This document shows, in pieces, positions 19,020-28,704 of a stretch of DNA of 52,012 nucleotides (position 1 is its first letter; the number at the start of each line of letters is the position of its first letter). The notes under the pieces are model-generated. The model had not been told where the DNA came from. It saw only the letters and a list, made by a program, of their open reading frames with translations, and ran no database searches. The stretch lies in contig JAFDMD010000016.1 of assembly GCA_019306185.1 (NCBI GenBank), positions 1 through 52,012 on the forward strand, given 5' to 3'. The stretch comes from Deltaproteobacteria bacterium (GTDB lineage: Bacteria > Desulfobacterota > Desulfobacteria > Desulfobacterales > JAFDMD01). The position numbers were made by a program, and so were the translations under genes.

Positions 19020-19103
19020 TTTTCGCTCCTTTGCTTTAGTCCCTTGAAAAACAAAACTTTTTTATTATGGAACTGCTTTAAACGCGTTCTTATTTTGCAA
19101 TAT

Positions 19104-20330
19104 CTATAAAATTTCTTTGAACCACATTTTCATTCTATTAAGAGTTTTTTTAAAAAAATTAGCGTCGCTCACCTCAAAATTTTCATGCGGCTGATTTTTA
19201 TAACCATATAAAACAAGCCCTACTCCGGTTGCGTATATCGGATTATTTACTACGTCTTTAAGCCCGTTGATGCCTATGGGGCTTCCGGACCGGACCGGAG
19301 CTCCGAATATTGATTCGGAAAACTCTACGGCATCGTTTATTAAAGAGGTGCCGCCGGTTATGACAATTCCCGATGGTATTGCCCCCCCTATATTAACCCT
19401 GTTTAACTCTTTTTTTATAAGAGCAAATATCTCCTCCATACGAGGTTCTAATATTTCGCCCAGTATTTGTCTCGAGAGTTTTCTGGGCTGTCTGCCTCCC
19501 AACCCGGGAACTTCTATTATTTCCTCTTTATTTATATTTCGGGCTATGCAGGTGCCGTATTTTTTTTTGATTATTTCGGCTCCCGCCGTAGGCGCTGCAA
19601 GCCCTATGGCTATATCGTTGGTAAGATTATTTCCGCCTAACGGCAAAACAAAAGTATGTTTGATGTTATTATCGTAAAATACGGCAAGGTCCGTAGTCCC
19701 GCCTCCAAGATCGATTAAAGCCGCTCCAAGCGCTTTTTCCTCTTTGGTAAGAACCGCTTCTCCTGACGCTATTGATTCCAAGACTATATCTTTTACGTCT
19801 AAACCGGCTCGATTTGCGCATTTTACTATATTGCGAACGGAGGTAACCGCTCCGGTAACTATATGAACGTCCGCTTCGAGCCTTACGCCTGTCATTCCTA
19901 CCGGATTTTGTATTCCTTTTTGATTATCCACCGCGTAACCTTGAGGTAAAACATGTATTATTTCCCTATCCGTAGGTATTGCCACCGCTCTTGCGGCTTC
20001 TATTACTCTATCTACATCCTGTTTTAAAACTTCGGAGCTTTTTATTGCGATTATGCCATGACTGTTAAAGCCGGATATGTGGCTTCCGGCTACGCCGATA
20101 TAAACGTCTCTGATTTCGCATCCCGCCATAAGTTCCGCTTCTTCAACCGCTCTTTTTATGGAGTTTACGGTAGATTCTATATCTACTACCACCCCTTTTT
20201 TTAAGCCTTTTGACGGGTGAGCGCCTATTCCTATTATACTGATTTCATTCTGTAATACCTCGCCGACTACGGCGCATATTTTGGTAGTGCCTATATCGAG
20301 CCCTACTACGATTTCTTCCTGTTTTTGCAT
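19104..20330 (-). CDS. ftsA: Cell division protein FtsA
   Basis: Actin-like ATPase motifs (VGLDIGTTKICAVVGE; IDLGGGTTDLAVF) and position between ftsQ and ftsZ. Confidence 0.97.
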   Translation of the reverse strand: MQKQEEIVVGLDIGTTKICAVVGEVLQNEISIIGIGAHPSKGLKKGVVVDIESTVNSIKRAVEEAELMAGCEIRDVYIGVAGSHISGFNSHGIIAIKSSEVLKQDVDRVIEAARAVAIPTDREIIHVLPQGYAVDNQKGIQNPVGMTGVRLEADVHIVTGAVTSVRNIVKCANRAGLDVKDIVLESIASGEAVLTKEEKALGAALIDLGGGTTDLAVFYDNNIKHTFVLPLGGNNLTNDIAIGLAAPTAGAEIIKKKYGTCIARNINKEEIIEVPGLGGRQPRKLSRQILGEILEPRMEEIFALIKKELNRVNIGGAIPSGIVITGGTSLINDAVEFSESIFGAPVRSGSPIGINGLKDVVNNPIYATGVGLVLYGYKNQPHENFEVSDANFFKKTLNRMKMWFKEIL

Positions 20331-20465
20331 ATAAGACCTTTTTATTATGCTTTTTTTTTTATAATTGAATTATGATATCTCGCCTCGACATTACAGGATA
20401 AAAAAAATTTTCCCTTTACTACGAAAATCTCTTTTATTATTTCCTTTTAATCTATTTTGCTCTCT

Positions 20466-21266
20466 TTATAATGCAGGCTTGATAACTATTCTATCTAAAT
20501 CGGTTAAATCTGCGAAATCAAATTTTTCGTAATTTTCAAAAGAGGATACTACTTTTTTAAGACGCTTGCATTTTAAATTAAAATCGCCGTATCCAAGTTT
20601 AATTTTTTTAACTTTGGGTATTCCAAGTATTGTCAAACCTATTTTTTTATCTACATAAATTTTTGCAATGCTGTTTTGAGAAATAAGTTTTTCGCATTTA
20701 TTTTTGTCGGTTAATATCTCCGTTATTGATTCAAGTAAAAATTTTTCCTCTTTTAATTTAGCGTTTATGTCTGAAAAATCAAGCCCTAATATTATAGGAA
20801 GTCGCATAGTATCGGTATTTTTTTTTTCTTTTATTATTTTGCCTTTATCATTTAATATATATTTTTTCCCTATAACCGCTATTGCCATAGGATTTTCCTC
20901 TTTAACCGTTATAATGATATTTCTCGGAGGCTTTCGTTTAATTTCCGCCTGTTCTATCCAAGTATGCGCTATCAGGGATCGAATGGCTTTTGAAATATTT
21001 ACGGAAAATATGTTGTCCCCTTTTTTTATTCCGGTCTGTTTTAATATGTCTTTTTCCGTTAATATGCTTAAATTATTAATTTTTATATTATCAATCGCAA
21101 AATAATCGGAGGTTGTTATAAACCCGTACCCCGCGACAAGAATATAGCTTACTGCTATTATACAAAACCCTGTCGCGATTATTTGCAAAAATGCAAATAA
21201 CAGACCCGAAAATTTTTCTTTTTCTATTTTTCTTTTTCTATTTTTAAAATTTTTAATCGCCAACAA
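20466..21266 (-). CDS. ftsQ: Cell division protein FtsQ (POTRA domain)
   Basis: A single N-terminal TM helix followed by a POTRA-like segment (FAIDNIKINNLSILTEKDILKQTGIKKGDNIF). Conserved position between murB and ftsA. Confidence 0.85.
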   Translation of the reverse strand: MLAIKNFKNRKRKIEKEKFSGLLFAFLQIIATGFCIIAVSYILVAGYGFITTSDYFAIDNIKINNLSILTEKDILKQTGIKKGDNIFSVNISKAIRSLIAHTWIEQAEIKRKPPRNIIITVKEENPMAIAVIGKKYILNDKGKIIKEKKNTDTMRLPIILGLDFSDINAKLKEEKFLLESITEILTDKNKCEKLISQNSIAKIYVDKKIGLTILGIPKVKKIKLGYGDFNLKCKRLKKVVSSFENYEKFDFADLTDLDRIVIKPAL

Positions 21267-22185
21267 TTTTCACCTCTAATTGAAGCTCAATTGAAAATTT
21301 TTTTTTTACTCTATTTCTAATTAGTTCCGCAAGATTCAATATTTGCCGCGCTGTAGCGTTGGAGCGATTTATTATAAAATTAGCATGTTTTTCGGATATC
21401 GCTGCGTTTTCTAAAATTTTTCCTTTTAAGCCCGCAAGTTCTATTAAAGCGCCGGCGCTTTTTTCTCCCTCCGGATTTTTAAAAAAGCAGCCTGCGCAAT
21501 ATTCGGTTAAGGGTTGTTTTTTTTTTCTCTCTTTAATAATTTGCCCCGCATTTTTTTTAACCTCGTTAGGTTCGCCGACGCTAAAGCTTAAAGAGCTTTC
21601 TACTATAATCGGACTGTTATAATTTTTAAAGGATGTTTTTCTGTAAGAAAAATCCATCTCTTTTTTTTCGATTTTTTTTATTTCTCCGTTTTCGTCAACT
21701 ATTATGACGTTATTTAAAATTTTTTCAACGGAACCTAAACCGGTTCCTGCATTCCCGTATATCGCGCCTCCTATTGTTCCGGGTATTCCGTAAGCGAATT
21801 CAAAACCTCGCAAACCGTATTTTAAGGCTACGCTGGTCAAAGTTGCAATTTTTACTCCCGCCATAGCGGTTATATTAACTGTTTTCGCTCTTTTTTTTGC
21901 TATTGAAATTGTATTAAAATATTTTTGTAAATCTATTGTAACGCCTCTTATTCCTTTATCTTTTACAAGGAGATTCGAACCGCCGCCTTTGATAAAAAAG
22001 GGGATATTCTCTTTTTTAACAAATTTAACCAACTCTGCGATTTCTCGAATATTTTTCGGGTATATGTAGGCGTCCGCATTTCCCCCTATTTTAAACGAGG
22101 TATGCAAAGACATTGGCTCGTCAAACAATGCTCTGTTTTTAAACTTTGTTTGAAGGCATTTTTTATATTGAGAAGTTAAACTCAT
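21253..22185 (-). CDS. murB: UDP-N-acetylenolpyruvoylglucosamine reductase
   Basis: FAD-binding MurB motifs (HTSFKIGGNADAYIYP; GGGSNLLV). The start is placed at the ATG forming an ATGA overlap with the murC stop. The ORF-track start at 22212 is an alternative. Confidence 0.93.
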   Translation of the reverse strand: MSLTSQYKKCLQTKFKNRALFDEPMSLHTSFKIGGNADAYIYPKNIREIAELVKFVKKENIPFFIKGGGSNLLVKDKGIRGVTIDLQKYFNTISIAKKRAKTVNITAMAGVKIATLTSVALKYGLRGFEFAYGIPGTIGGAIYGNAGTGLGSVEKILNNVIIVDENGEIKKIEKKEMDFSYRKTSFKNYNSPIIVESSLSFSVGEPNEVKKNAGQIIKERKKKQPLTEYCAGCFFKNPEGEKSAGALIELAGLKGKILENAAISEKHANFIINRSNATARQILNLAELIRNRVKKKFSIELQLEVKIVGD

Positions 22186-23543
22186 TTTAAAAGCGCTTCT
22201 CCTATTTTCCATACGTCTCCGGCGCCGAGAGTGATTAATATATCATTAGGTTTAAGCCTTTTTTTAAGGTATAAAAGCGCCGCCTCTTTACTTTCGACGT
22301 AGGTTGCGTTTTTATGTCCCGCTTCGATTATGCCTTGACATAGACTTTTTGAACTAGCCTCTTTTATCTGTTTTTCTCCGGCGGAATATATAGGAATTAC
22401 GATTAATTTATCGGCATAAAAAAAGGCTTGTTTAAAATCGTTAAATAATAGTTTTGTTCTACTATATCTGTGGGGCTGAAATGCCACTACAAGTCTTTTG
22501 TCTTCCCATACCGTTTTTGCGGTTTTAAGGGTTGTTTTTATTTCCGTAGGATGATGCCCATAATCGTCTATTATGATTGCGTCATTTACGGTTCCTTTTA
22601 TTTCGAGTCTTCTTTCCACTTTCGGAATTTTAGTAAGGGCTTTTTTTATGGAACCGAAAGGTATTCCCAATTCTAATCCTACGGCTATTGCGGCAAGAGC
22701 GTTATAAACGTTATGGATGCCCGCAAGGTTTATAACGGCTTTGCCTAATTTTTCTTTTTTATTATACGCTACAAATTCTGTTTGTTCTCCTTTAAATGTT
22801 ATCTCAGACGCCGTTATATCCGCTTTTCCGTTTATCGCATAGGTGGCGTATCTTTTTTTTATTTGAGGCATTATTGCTTGTATATTCGGATCGTCCGCGC
22901 AAAGAACCGCAAGCCCGTAAAACGGTATTTTCTCTGTAAATTGAATAAATATCTCTTTTATAGCGTTTATATCCGAATAATAATCAAGATGGTCTTCGTC
23001 TATGTTTGTTATTATTGATATTGTCGGCGAAAATTTTAAAAATGAGCCGTCGCTTTCGTCCGCTTCGGCTACTATGTAATCTCCTTTTCCTAATATGGCG
23101 TTTGTTCCTATTGTATTAAGTTTGCCGCCTATTACTACCGTAGGGTCAAGCCCGCCTTTTTGTAATACCCACGAGATTATAGAGGTGGTTGTGGTTTTTC
23201 CATGCGCCCCGGCTACCGCTATACTGTATTTTAGTCTCATAAGCTCCGCAAGCATTTCGGCTCTTGGTATTACGGGCACGGCGGCTTTTTTTGCTTGAGC
23301 TATTTCCGGATTATCCGAAAAAATTGCCGAAGAATATACTACCACGTCTGCGTTGGCAATGTTATTTTTATGATGAAAATGAAATATTTTTACTCCGAGT
23401 TTCTCTAATCTTTTTGTAATTTCGGAACGCGCTATATCGGAGCCGGACACTCTATACCCTGTGTTTATAAGTAGCTCGGCTATGCCGCTCATTCCTATGC
23501 CGCCTATGCCTACAAAATGTATATGGTACTCTTTTTTATACAT
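22182..23543 (-). CDS. murC: UDP-N-acetylmuramate--L-alanine ligase
   Basis: N-terminus IHFVGIGGIGMSGIAELL and the Mur ligase P-loop AGAHGKTTTTS. Confidence 0.97.
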   Translation of the reverse strand: MYKKEYHIHFVGIGGIGMSGIAELLINTGYRVSGSDIARSEITKRLEKLGVKIFHFHHKNNIANADVVVYSSAIFSDNPEIAQAKKAAVPVIPRAEMLAELMRLKYSIAVAGAHGKTTTTSIISWVLQKGGLDPTVVIGGKLNTIGTNAILGKGDYIVAEADESDGSFLKFSPTISIITNIDEDHLDYYSDINAIKEIFIQFTEKIPFYGLAVLCADDPNIQAIMPQIKKRYATYAINGKADITASEITFKGEQTEFVAYNKKEKLGKAVINLAGIHNVYNALAAIAVGLELGIPFGSIKKALTKIPKVERRLEIKGTVNDAIIIDDYGHHPTEIKTTLKTAKTVWEDKRLVVAFQPHRYSRTKLLFNDFKQAFFYADKLIVIPIYSAGEKQIKEASSKSLCQGIIEAGHKNATYVESKEAALLYLKKRLKPNDILITLGAGDVWKIGEALLK

Positions 23544-23547
23544 GCTT

Positions 23548-24645
23548 TTATTGTCCTAATAGGTTTTTCATTATATCGTCCGTTATAATTTGAGCGGCGT
23601 TTGTTTTTCCGAACTTTTTTGCTTCTTTTCCTATTTCTATTAGTTTGTCCGGATTTGCTCCGTAATATTTAATTTTTTCCGCGGTTTTTTTTCCGTCAAA
23701 ATCCTTTTCGGATATTACTTCGCATGCTCCGGCTTTTTCCAATATTCTTGCGTTTAGCTCTTGATGTCCGTCCGCGGCGTAAGGAAACGGAATATATATG
23801 GCGGCTTTCCCCAACGCCGTTATTTCCGATATTGTAGTAGCGCCGGCTCTTGCTATTATAATATCCGCTTTTTGATATGCGGACGCCATATCGTCGATAA
23901 ACGCGCAAACCGTATTTTGTATCTTATAATTTAAATATTCTTCTTTTACTTTTTTCAAATCTTTAACGCCGCTTTGATGTATAAATCTTATTTTTGCTTT
24001 ATTTTCTATATGATTAAGAGAAGCCATAACCGCTTTGTTAATGCCCGAAGCGCCTTGACTTCCGCCTATTATTAAAACCGTAAAACTTTTATCGTCCGAT
24101 ATTGTTTTCGTTTTTTCCGCTTTAATTATTTCTTTTCTTAACGGGTTGCCCGTATGCAACGTTTTTTTATTATTAAAATATTTTTTGCTATCCTTAAAAG
24201 CTATATATACTCGGTTCGCTATTTTGGATAAATACCTGTTTGTAATTCCGGGCATTATATTCTGTTCGCAAATAGCGATTTTTATTCCGAATAATCTGCC
24301 GGCTATTAATACCGGAGCGGAAGAGTAGCTTCCGACTCCTATGATTAAATTCGGAAGGAATTTTTTTACTATTATTGACGCCCTAAATACCGAAATCGGA
24401 AGTTTTATCAACGCTTTTATTTTCTTAAAAATTGTCGTCCCTTTTAATTTGGGGGTTTTTATGCTTTTTAATTTAAATCCTTTTTGAGATAATATTTTTT
24501 TTTCAAAATCATTGCCTATGCTTACAAATAGTATTTCGGCATTTCGGCTTTGTTTTATAATTTCTTCGGCTATAGCTATTGCCGGAAACAGATGCCCGCC
24601 GGTAACTCCTCCGGCTATTATTATTTTATTTGTTAAATTAGGCAT
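23548..24645 (-). CDS. murG: Undecaprenyl-PP-MurNAc-pentapeptide UDP-GlcNAc transferase
   Basis: GT28 motifs (GGVTGGHLFPAIAIAEE; ARAGATTISEITALGKAAIYIPFPYAADGHQ). Confidence 0.96.
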   Translation of the reverse strand: MPNLTNKIIIAGGVTGGHLFPAIAIAEEIIKQSRNAEILFVSIGNDFEKKILSQKGFKLKSIKTPKLKGTTIFKKIKALIKLPISVFRASIIVKKFLPNLIIGVGSYSSAPVLIAGRLFGIKIAICEQNIMPGITNRYLSKIANRVYIAFKDSKKYFNNKKTLHTGNPLRKEIIKAEKTKTISDDKSFTVLIIGGSQGASGINKAVMASLNHIENKAKIRFIHQSGVKDLKKVKEEYLNYKIQNTVCAFIDDMASAYQKADIIIARAGATTISEITALGKAAIYIPFPYAADGHQELNARILEKAGACEVISEKDFDGKKTAEKIKYYGANPDKLIEIGKEAKKFGKTNAAQIITDDIMKNLLGQ

Positions 24646-25310
24646 AAGCTTGTCCCATGTTTAAAAGGGTCGGATATTGAATCCATTCTTTTCCTAACAA
24701 TTTTTTTCCGTTTGATTTTTTATTTCTTTTTATGCCGTCCGCTCCCCATGTTCCCCATTGCTTAAAGAAAAAAGCTTTATTTTGCAATTCGCATTCTTGT
24801 AAGATTTAATTTGCCTATGTCTTCAAGCATCGGTTCTACGGATATAAATTTAATCGAAGCTTTTATTTTTTTTAATATTTCTATTCTCGGCATCCCGTCT
24901 TTTTTATTTTCCGCTGTTATTCCAAGCCATATATTCGGGGGAATTTTTTTATTTTTTAAGTATTGTTCCATTCTTTCGGCTCGTTTTGTAAGTATTTGGT
25001 ATGTATGGCGCGGGGTCTTTTCCATAACTTCAAATACTCTGTTTAAAAATAATTCCGGTATATCTTTATGAAACAGGTCGCTCATGGAATTAACAAAATA
25101 TGTCGTAGGTTTCTTTTTTTTAATCGGTTTTGATAATCTTTGAGGCATCAAGGTTAATGCGAAACCGTTTTCATAGCTTACGACTCCTATTGCCTGAAGT
25201 CTTTTTGCCATAACTTCGGCATAGCAGTTTTGGCATCCCGCAGATATTTTAGAACATCCTACCGTAGGATTCCATGTTTCCGCCGTCCATTCTATTTTTG
25301 TATTTGCCAT
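24638..25310 (-). pseudogene. Decayed phage Gp37/Gp68 (DUF5131) family gene: internal deletion plus frameshift
   Basis: The N-terminal part (MANTKIEWTAETWNPTVGCSKISAGCQNCYAE...ISVEPML) stops at 24777. The family's C-terminus (LQECELQNKAFFFKQWGTWGADGIKRNKKSNGKKLLGKEWIQYP) continues in the +1 frame down to a TAA at 24638-24640. The conserved WVIVGGESG..ARP core expected between them is absent. Confidence 0.7.
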
Positions 25311-25346
25311 TTTCTTAACCGATTTCACTATTCAAAATAATTTTTA

Positions 25347-25946
25347 TTATGACTGTCCTTGAATGAATTCAATCCGCTTAACATCTCTGGTATTTAAGTA
25401 AACCCCTTTGCCATCAATAGTGTATAAAGCTTCTAAATTTTCATCGACTCTTCTGGCGCTGCTTAAAAGAAAATCCTGATTCTCATTATTAGGATTATAG
25501 GTATAATTAGATATCCATCCGAGATAGATGCAGTTGTCATTTAAAAAGACAACTGCCCAATCCGTATTTTCTTTTTGATTAATTTTTACCCAAATTGACT
25601 GTGGGTCCGGCGCCATAGATCTAAAAGAATTATATTTAAGCGAAAGCTTAAATCGAATCATATATAAATATATTCTAATAATTCCCAACAGTAACCCCGA
25701 GCCGAATAAAGCAATTATAAAACGAAATGAAGGGAAGCTTTCACTGTTACTGTTCAGGGCAAAACTAAAAAATTTTTCGTCAACCCATCTAATGACGCTT
25801 AAGATGATTATACCCCAAATTATACTCCACGTTATTTGGACAAACTGCCCCCGTTCCTTGACAGGATATTTTGCATTATATAACTCCGAAGCTATAAAAC
25901 CGGGAGCAAGATAAAGAATAAATTCTATTAAATCTTTTATAGGCAT
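25347..25946 (-). CDS. Hypothetical membrane protein (three predicted TM helices plus a ~100-aa soluble C-terminal domain)
   Basis: 199-aa ORF. Hydrophobic segments are IEFILYLAPGFIASELY, ITWSIIWGIIILSVIRWV and FRFIIALFGSGLLLGIIRIYLYMI, followed by a region that looks beta-rich. It resembles DUF6338-type proteins from memory only (unverified). Confidence 0.6.
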   Translation of the reverse strand: MPIKDLIEFILYLAPGFIASELYNAKYPVKERGQFVQITWSIIWGIIILSVIRWVDEKFFSFALNSNSESFPSFRFIIALFGSGLLLGIIRIYLYMIRFKLSLKYNSFRSMAPDPQSIWVKINQKENTDWAVVFLNDNCIYLGWISNYTYNPNNENQDFLLSSARRVDENLEALYTIDGKGVYLNTRDVKRIEFIQGQS

Positions 25947-25949
25947 ATT

Positions 25950-26141
25950 TTACTCATTGCTTGAGGCGTGATTTGTATTTCCTTGTTGGCTGTTCGTAGC
26001 CGGATTGCCGTTTGCATTCTCTTGCCGAGCTTCCGGTCTGGATGTAGGAGCGGCATTTGCAGGCGCAGGACGTTCATGAGTATAGGATTTTCTATAATCG
26101 TCATTTATGGTTAATGTTACAGGCTTTTGTTTTTTAGTCAT
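25950..26141 (-). CDS. Small low-complexity (Ala/Pro/Asn/Gln/Thr-rich) hypothetical protein
   Basis: 63-aa ORF with an AAAGGAGAA ribosome-binding site about 6 nt upstream of its ATG. Its stop lies 3 nt before the ATG of the membrane protein gene. It is visibly more GC-rich than the surrounding DNA (by eye). Confidence 0.45.
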   Translation of the reverse strand: MTKKQKPVTLTINDDYRKSYTHERPAPANAAPTSRPEARQENANGNPATNSQQGNTNHASSNE

Positions 26142-26210
26142 TTTGTTCTCCTTTCATATAGTTTGAAAAAAATTTTAACTATCTTCTATATACAGCGTTT
26201 TCTATAATAA

Positions 26211-27326
26211 CTAAACCGGTTTTTCGTTTTTTCCTATATTAGCCAAGATGCCTAAAGCCGCGGAACTTACCAAAAGAGAGGTGCCTCCATAGCTTAAAAG
26301 CGGAAGCGTCAATCCTTTTGTAGGCAAAAGCCCCATTGCGACTCCTATATTTATACATACCTGAAGCCCGAATGATGTCGTGATTCCTACGGCAAGAAGG
26401 GTTCCGAATAAATCCTTTGCATTTTTAGATATTATTATGCCTCTGAATATTATTATCATGTAGAGCGAAATTATAAATAACGTTCCCAAAAGTCCTAATT
26501 CTTCTCCTATAACGGAGAATATAAAATCGGTATGAGCTTCCGGCAGATAAAAAAGTTTCTGATAACCGTTTCCGATTCCGGCGCCGAATATTCCTCCTGT
26601 TCCAAAAGCCATTAGAGAATGGACTGCCTGATAACCTTCGTCCGTAGCGTACTTCCAAGGATCAAGATAGCTTAATATTCTTTCGGCTCTATAGGTTGCG
26701 CTGAATATAAGGTTGTATATTATAGGAATAAAAAGGAGTAATGCGCTGCTTAAATGTAATATTCTAACTCCCGCAACAAACATCATTATTCCTACTATGC
26801 AGGCTAATATTAAGGCGCTTCCCAAATCCGGCTGGTTTAATATTAAGCATAAAAATCCGGCTAATATTACTATATGCGGGAAAAAACCTATGGAAAATTT
26901 TTTAATGTTTTCATGTTTTTTGCTTAAAGAATATGCCATGTAGATTATTAATCCGATTTTTGCCGCTTCCGACGGTTGAAAATGTAAAGCCCCTATTTTA
27001 AGCCATCTTGTAGCGCCGCCTTCGGTAATTCCAAAGCCGAAATATATCAGCGAAAGAAGAAGCGCCGAACCGAACAATCCCAAATAAGCGATTTTTTTAA
27101 AAAAATTATAGGAAATGTTAGAACATATTAAAAAACCGGCTATGCCGAATAACGCAAAAGCCGTCTGTTTTTTTAAAAAAAACATAGCGTCGGCCCGCTT
27201 TGCCGCCGCCGTGGCAGAGCTGGCGCTATATATCATTAATACCCCGATCGCTATTAAGAGCAGAAGCGGGATTATAATGAAAGGATCATAACGTAAGCCT
27301 TTGCTATTTTTTTCCCTCTTATTCAT
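26211..27326 (-). CDS. ftsW: Peptidoglycan glycosyltransferase FtsW (SEDS family)
   Basis: A ~10-TM SEDS protein (PEAHTDFIFSVIGEELG; LTLPLLSYGGTSL) in the dcw position after murD. Confidence 0.93.
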   Translation of the reverse strand: MNKREKNSKGLRYDPFIIIPLLLLIAIGVLMIYSASSATAAAKRADAMFFLKKQTAFALFGIAGFLICSNISYNFFKKIAYLGLFGSALLLSLIYFGFGITEGGATRWLKIGALHFQPSEAAKIGLIIYMAYSLSKKHENIKKFSIGFFPHIVILAGFLCLILNQPDLGSALILACIVGIMMFVAGVRILHLSSALLLFIPIIYNLIFSATYRAERILSYLDPWKYATDEGYQAVHSLMAFGTGGIFGAGIGNGYQKLFYLPEAHTDFIFSVIGEELGLLGTLFIISLYMIIIFRGIIISKNAKDLFGTLLAVGITTSFGLQVCINIGVAMGLLPTKGLTLPLLSYGGTSLLVSSAALGILANIGKNEKPV

Positions 27327-28698
27327 TCTTCAACCCTCTTAATTCCTTAACTGCTTTGCAAAAGGTTTCTCCTCTTTCGGCGTAATTGCAAAACATATCA
27401 AAACTTGCGCACCCCGGAGAAAGCAGCGCTCCTTCTCCATGAGCGGCGCTTTTATGCGCAAGATTTACGGCTTCTTCCATAGAATTGGCGTCTATTATTT
27501 CGGTAATATCCGCAAAAGCGTTTATTATTTTTTGCTTTGCTTCCCCTATTACTATAAGTTTTTTTACTTTTTGTTTTATAAGAGGTTTTAATTTTTCAAA
27601 GTTTCCGCCTTTATCTATGCCTCCCATTATTAGTATTAAGGAAATGTTAAAATTTTGTAACGCCCTTAATACTGCGTCCGTGTTTGTAGCCTTTGAATCA
27701 TTATAATATGAAACTCCGTTGATAGTATCGATGTATTCGATTCTATGCTTTATCCCTTTAAATTCGGAAACGATTTTTTGAATCGTATCGATATTAACGC
27801 CTGCCGCAAGGGCGCAAAGGCTTGCCGCTGCAATATTTTCTATATTGTGCGCTCCGATTAATTTTATGTTATTAAGGTTTATAGATTTTTTTTTCTTTTC
27901 GTCCCTATTAATAAAATTAAATATTAGTTTTTTTTCCTTAAAGTTTATTATGCTTCCCGCCTCTTTTTTTTGAGGATAAAAAAAAAGTTTCTTCGATTTT
28001 ATGTTTTGGGTCAAAGTTCTGATAAGCGTATCATCGCCATTTATAACCGCTATATCTTTTTCATCCTGATTTGCAAAAATTTTTGCCTTTGAAGCCGCAT
28101 ATTCGGAATAGCTTTTATAACGCTCCAGATGATCTTCGGATATATTTAAACAAGCCGCTATGTTCGGTTTAAATGCGGAAATCGTATCAAGCTGGAAACT
28201 GCTTATTTCCGCCGCAATTATATCCGCTTTATTATTATTATTCGCATAATCTATAAGCGGTTTTCCTATGTTGCCTCCTATAAATACTTTTTTGCCGTAA
28301 TGTTTAAGCATTTCCCCTATAAGCGTAGTAACCGTAGTTTTGCCGTTTGTTCCGGTTACGGCTATTACGGGAGTTTCTATAAATTGAGATGCAAACTCTA
28401 TTTCTCCGGTTATTTTAACTCCTTTTAATGCGGCTGATGTTATAGGTTTTATATCATGCGGAATTCCGGGGCTTATGATTATAAGATCGGAGTTTTGAAA
28501 TGTTTGAGTATTATGATAGCCGATCTCCTTTTTTATGCCGGAAAAAAGGGATTCTTGCTCGGATATTTTTGCAAGGGCGTTTTTATTAATATCGGTTACG
28601 GTAATATCCGCCCCTTTTTTTTTACAAAAAGAGGCTAATCTTATGCCTGTTTTACCAAGACCAACTATTAAAATTTTTTTACCTTTTAATCGTATCAT
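27319..28698 (-). CDS. murD: UDP-N-acetylmuramoylalanine--D-glutamate ligase
   Basis: N-terminus KILIVGLGKTGI, P-loop VTGTNGKTTVTTL, and dcw position. Confidence 0.95.
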   Translation of the reverse strand: MIRLKGKKILIVGLGKTGIRLASFCKKKGADITVTDINKNALAKISEQESLFSGIKKEIGYHNTQTFQNSDLIIISPGIPHDIKPITSAALKGVKITGEIEFASQFIETPVIAVTGTNGKTTVTTLIGEMLKHYGKKVFIGGNIGKPLIDYANNNNKADIIAAEISSFQLDTISAFKPNIAACLNISEDHLERYKSYSEYAASKAKIFANQDEKDIAVINGDDTLIRTLTQNIKSKKLFFYPQKKEAGSIINFKEKKLIFNFINRDEKKKKSINLNNIKLIGAHNIENIAAASLCALAAGVNIDTIQKIVSEFKGIKHRIEYIDTINGVSYYNDSKATNTDAVLRALQNFNISLILIMGGIDKGGNFEKLKPLIKQKVKKLIVIGEAKQKIINAFADITEIIDANSMEEAVNLAHKSAAHGEGALLSPGCASFDMFCNYAERGETFCKAVKELRGLKNE

Positions 28699-28704
28699 TT
28701 CTTT

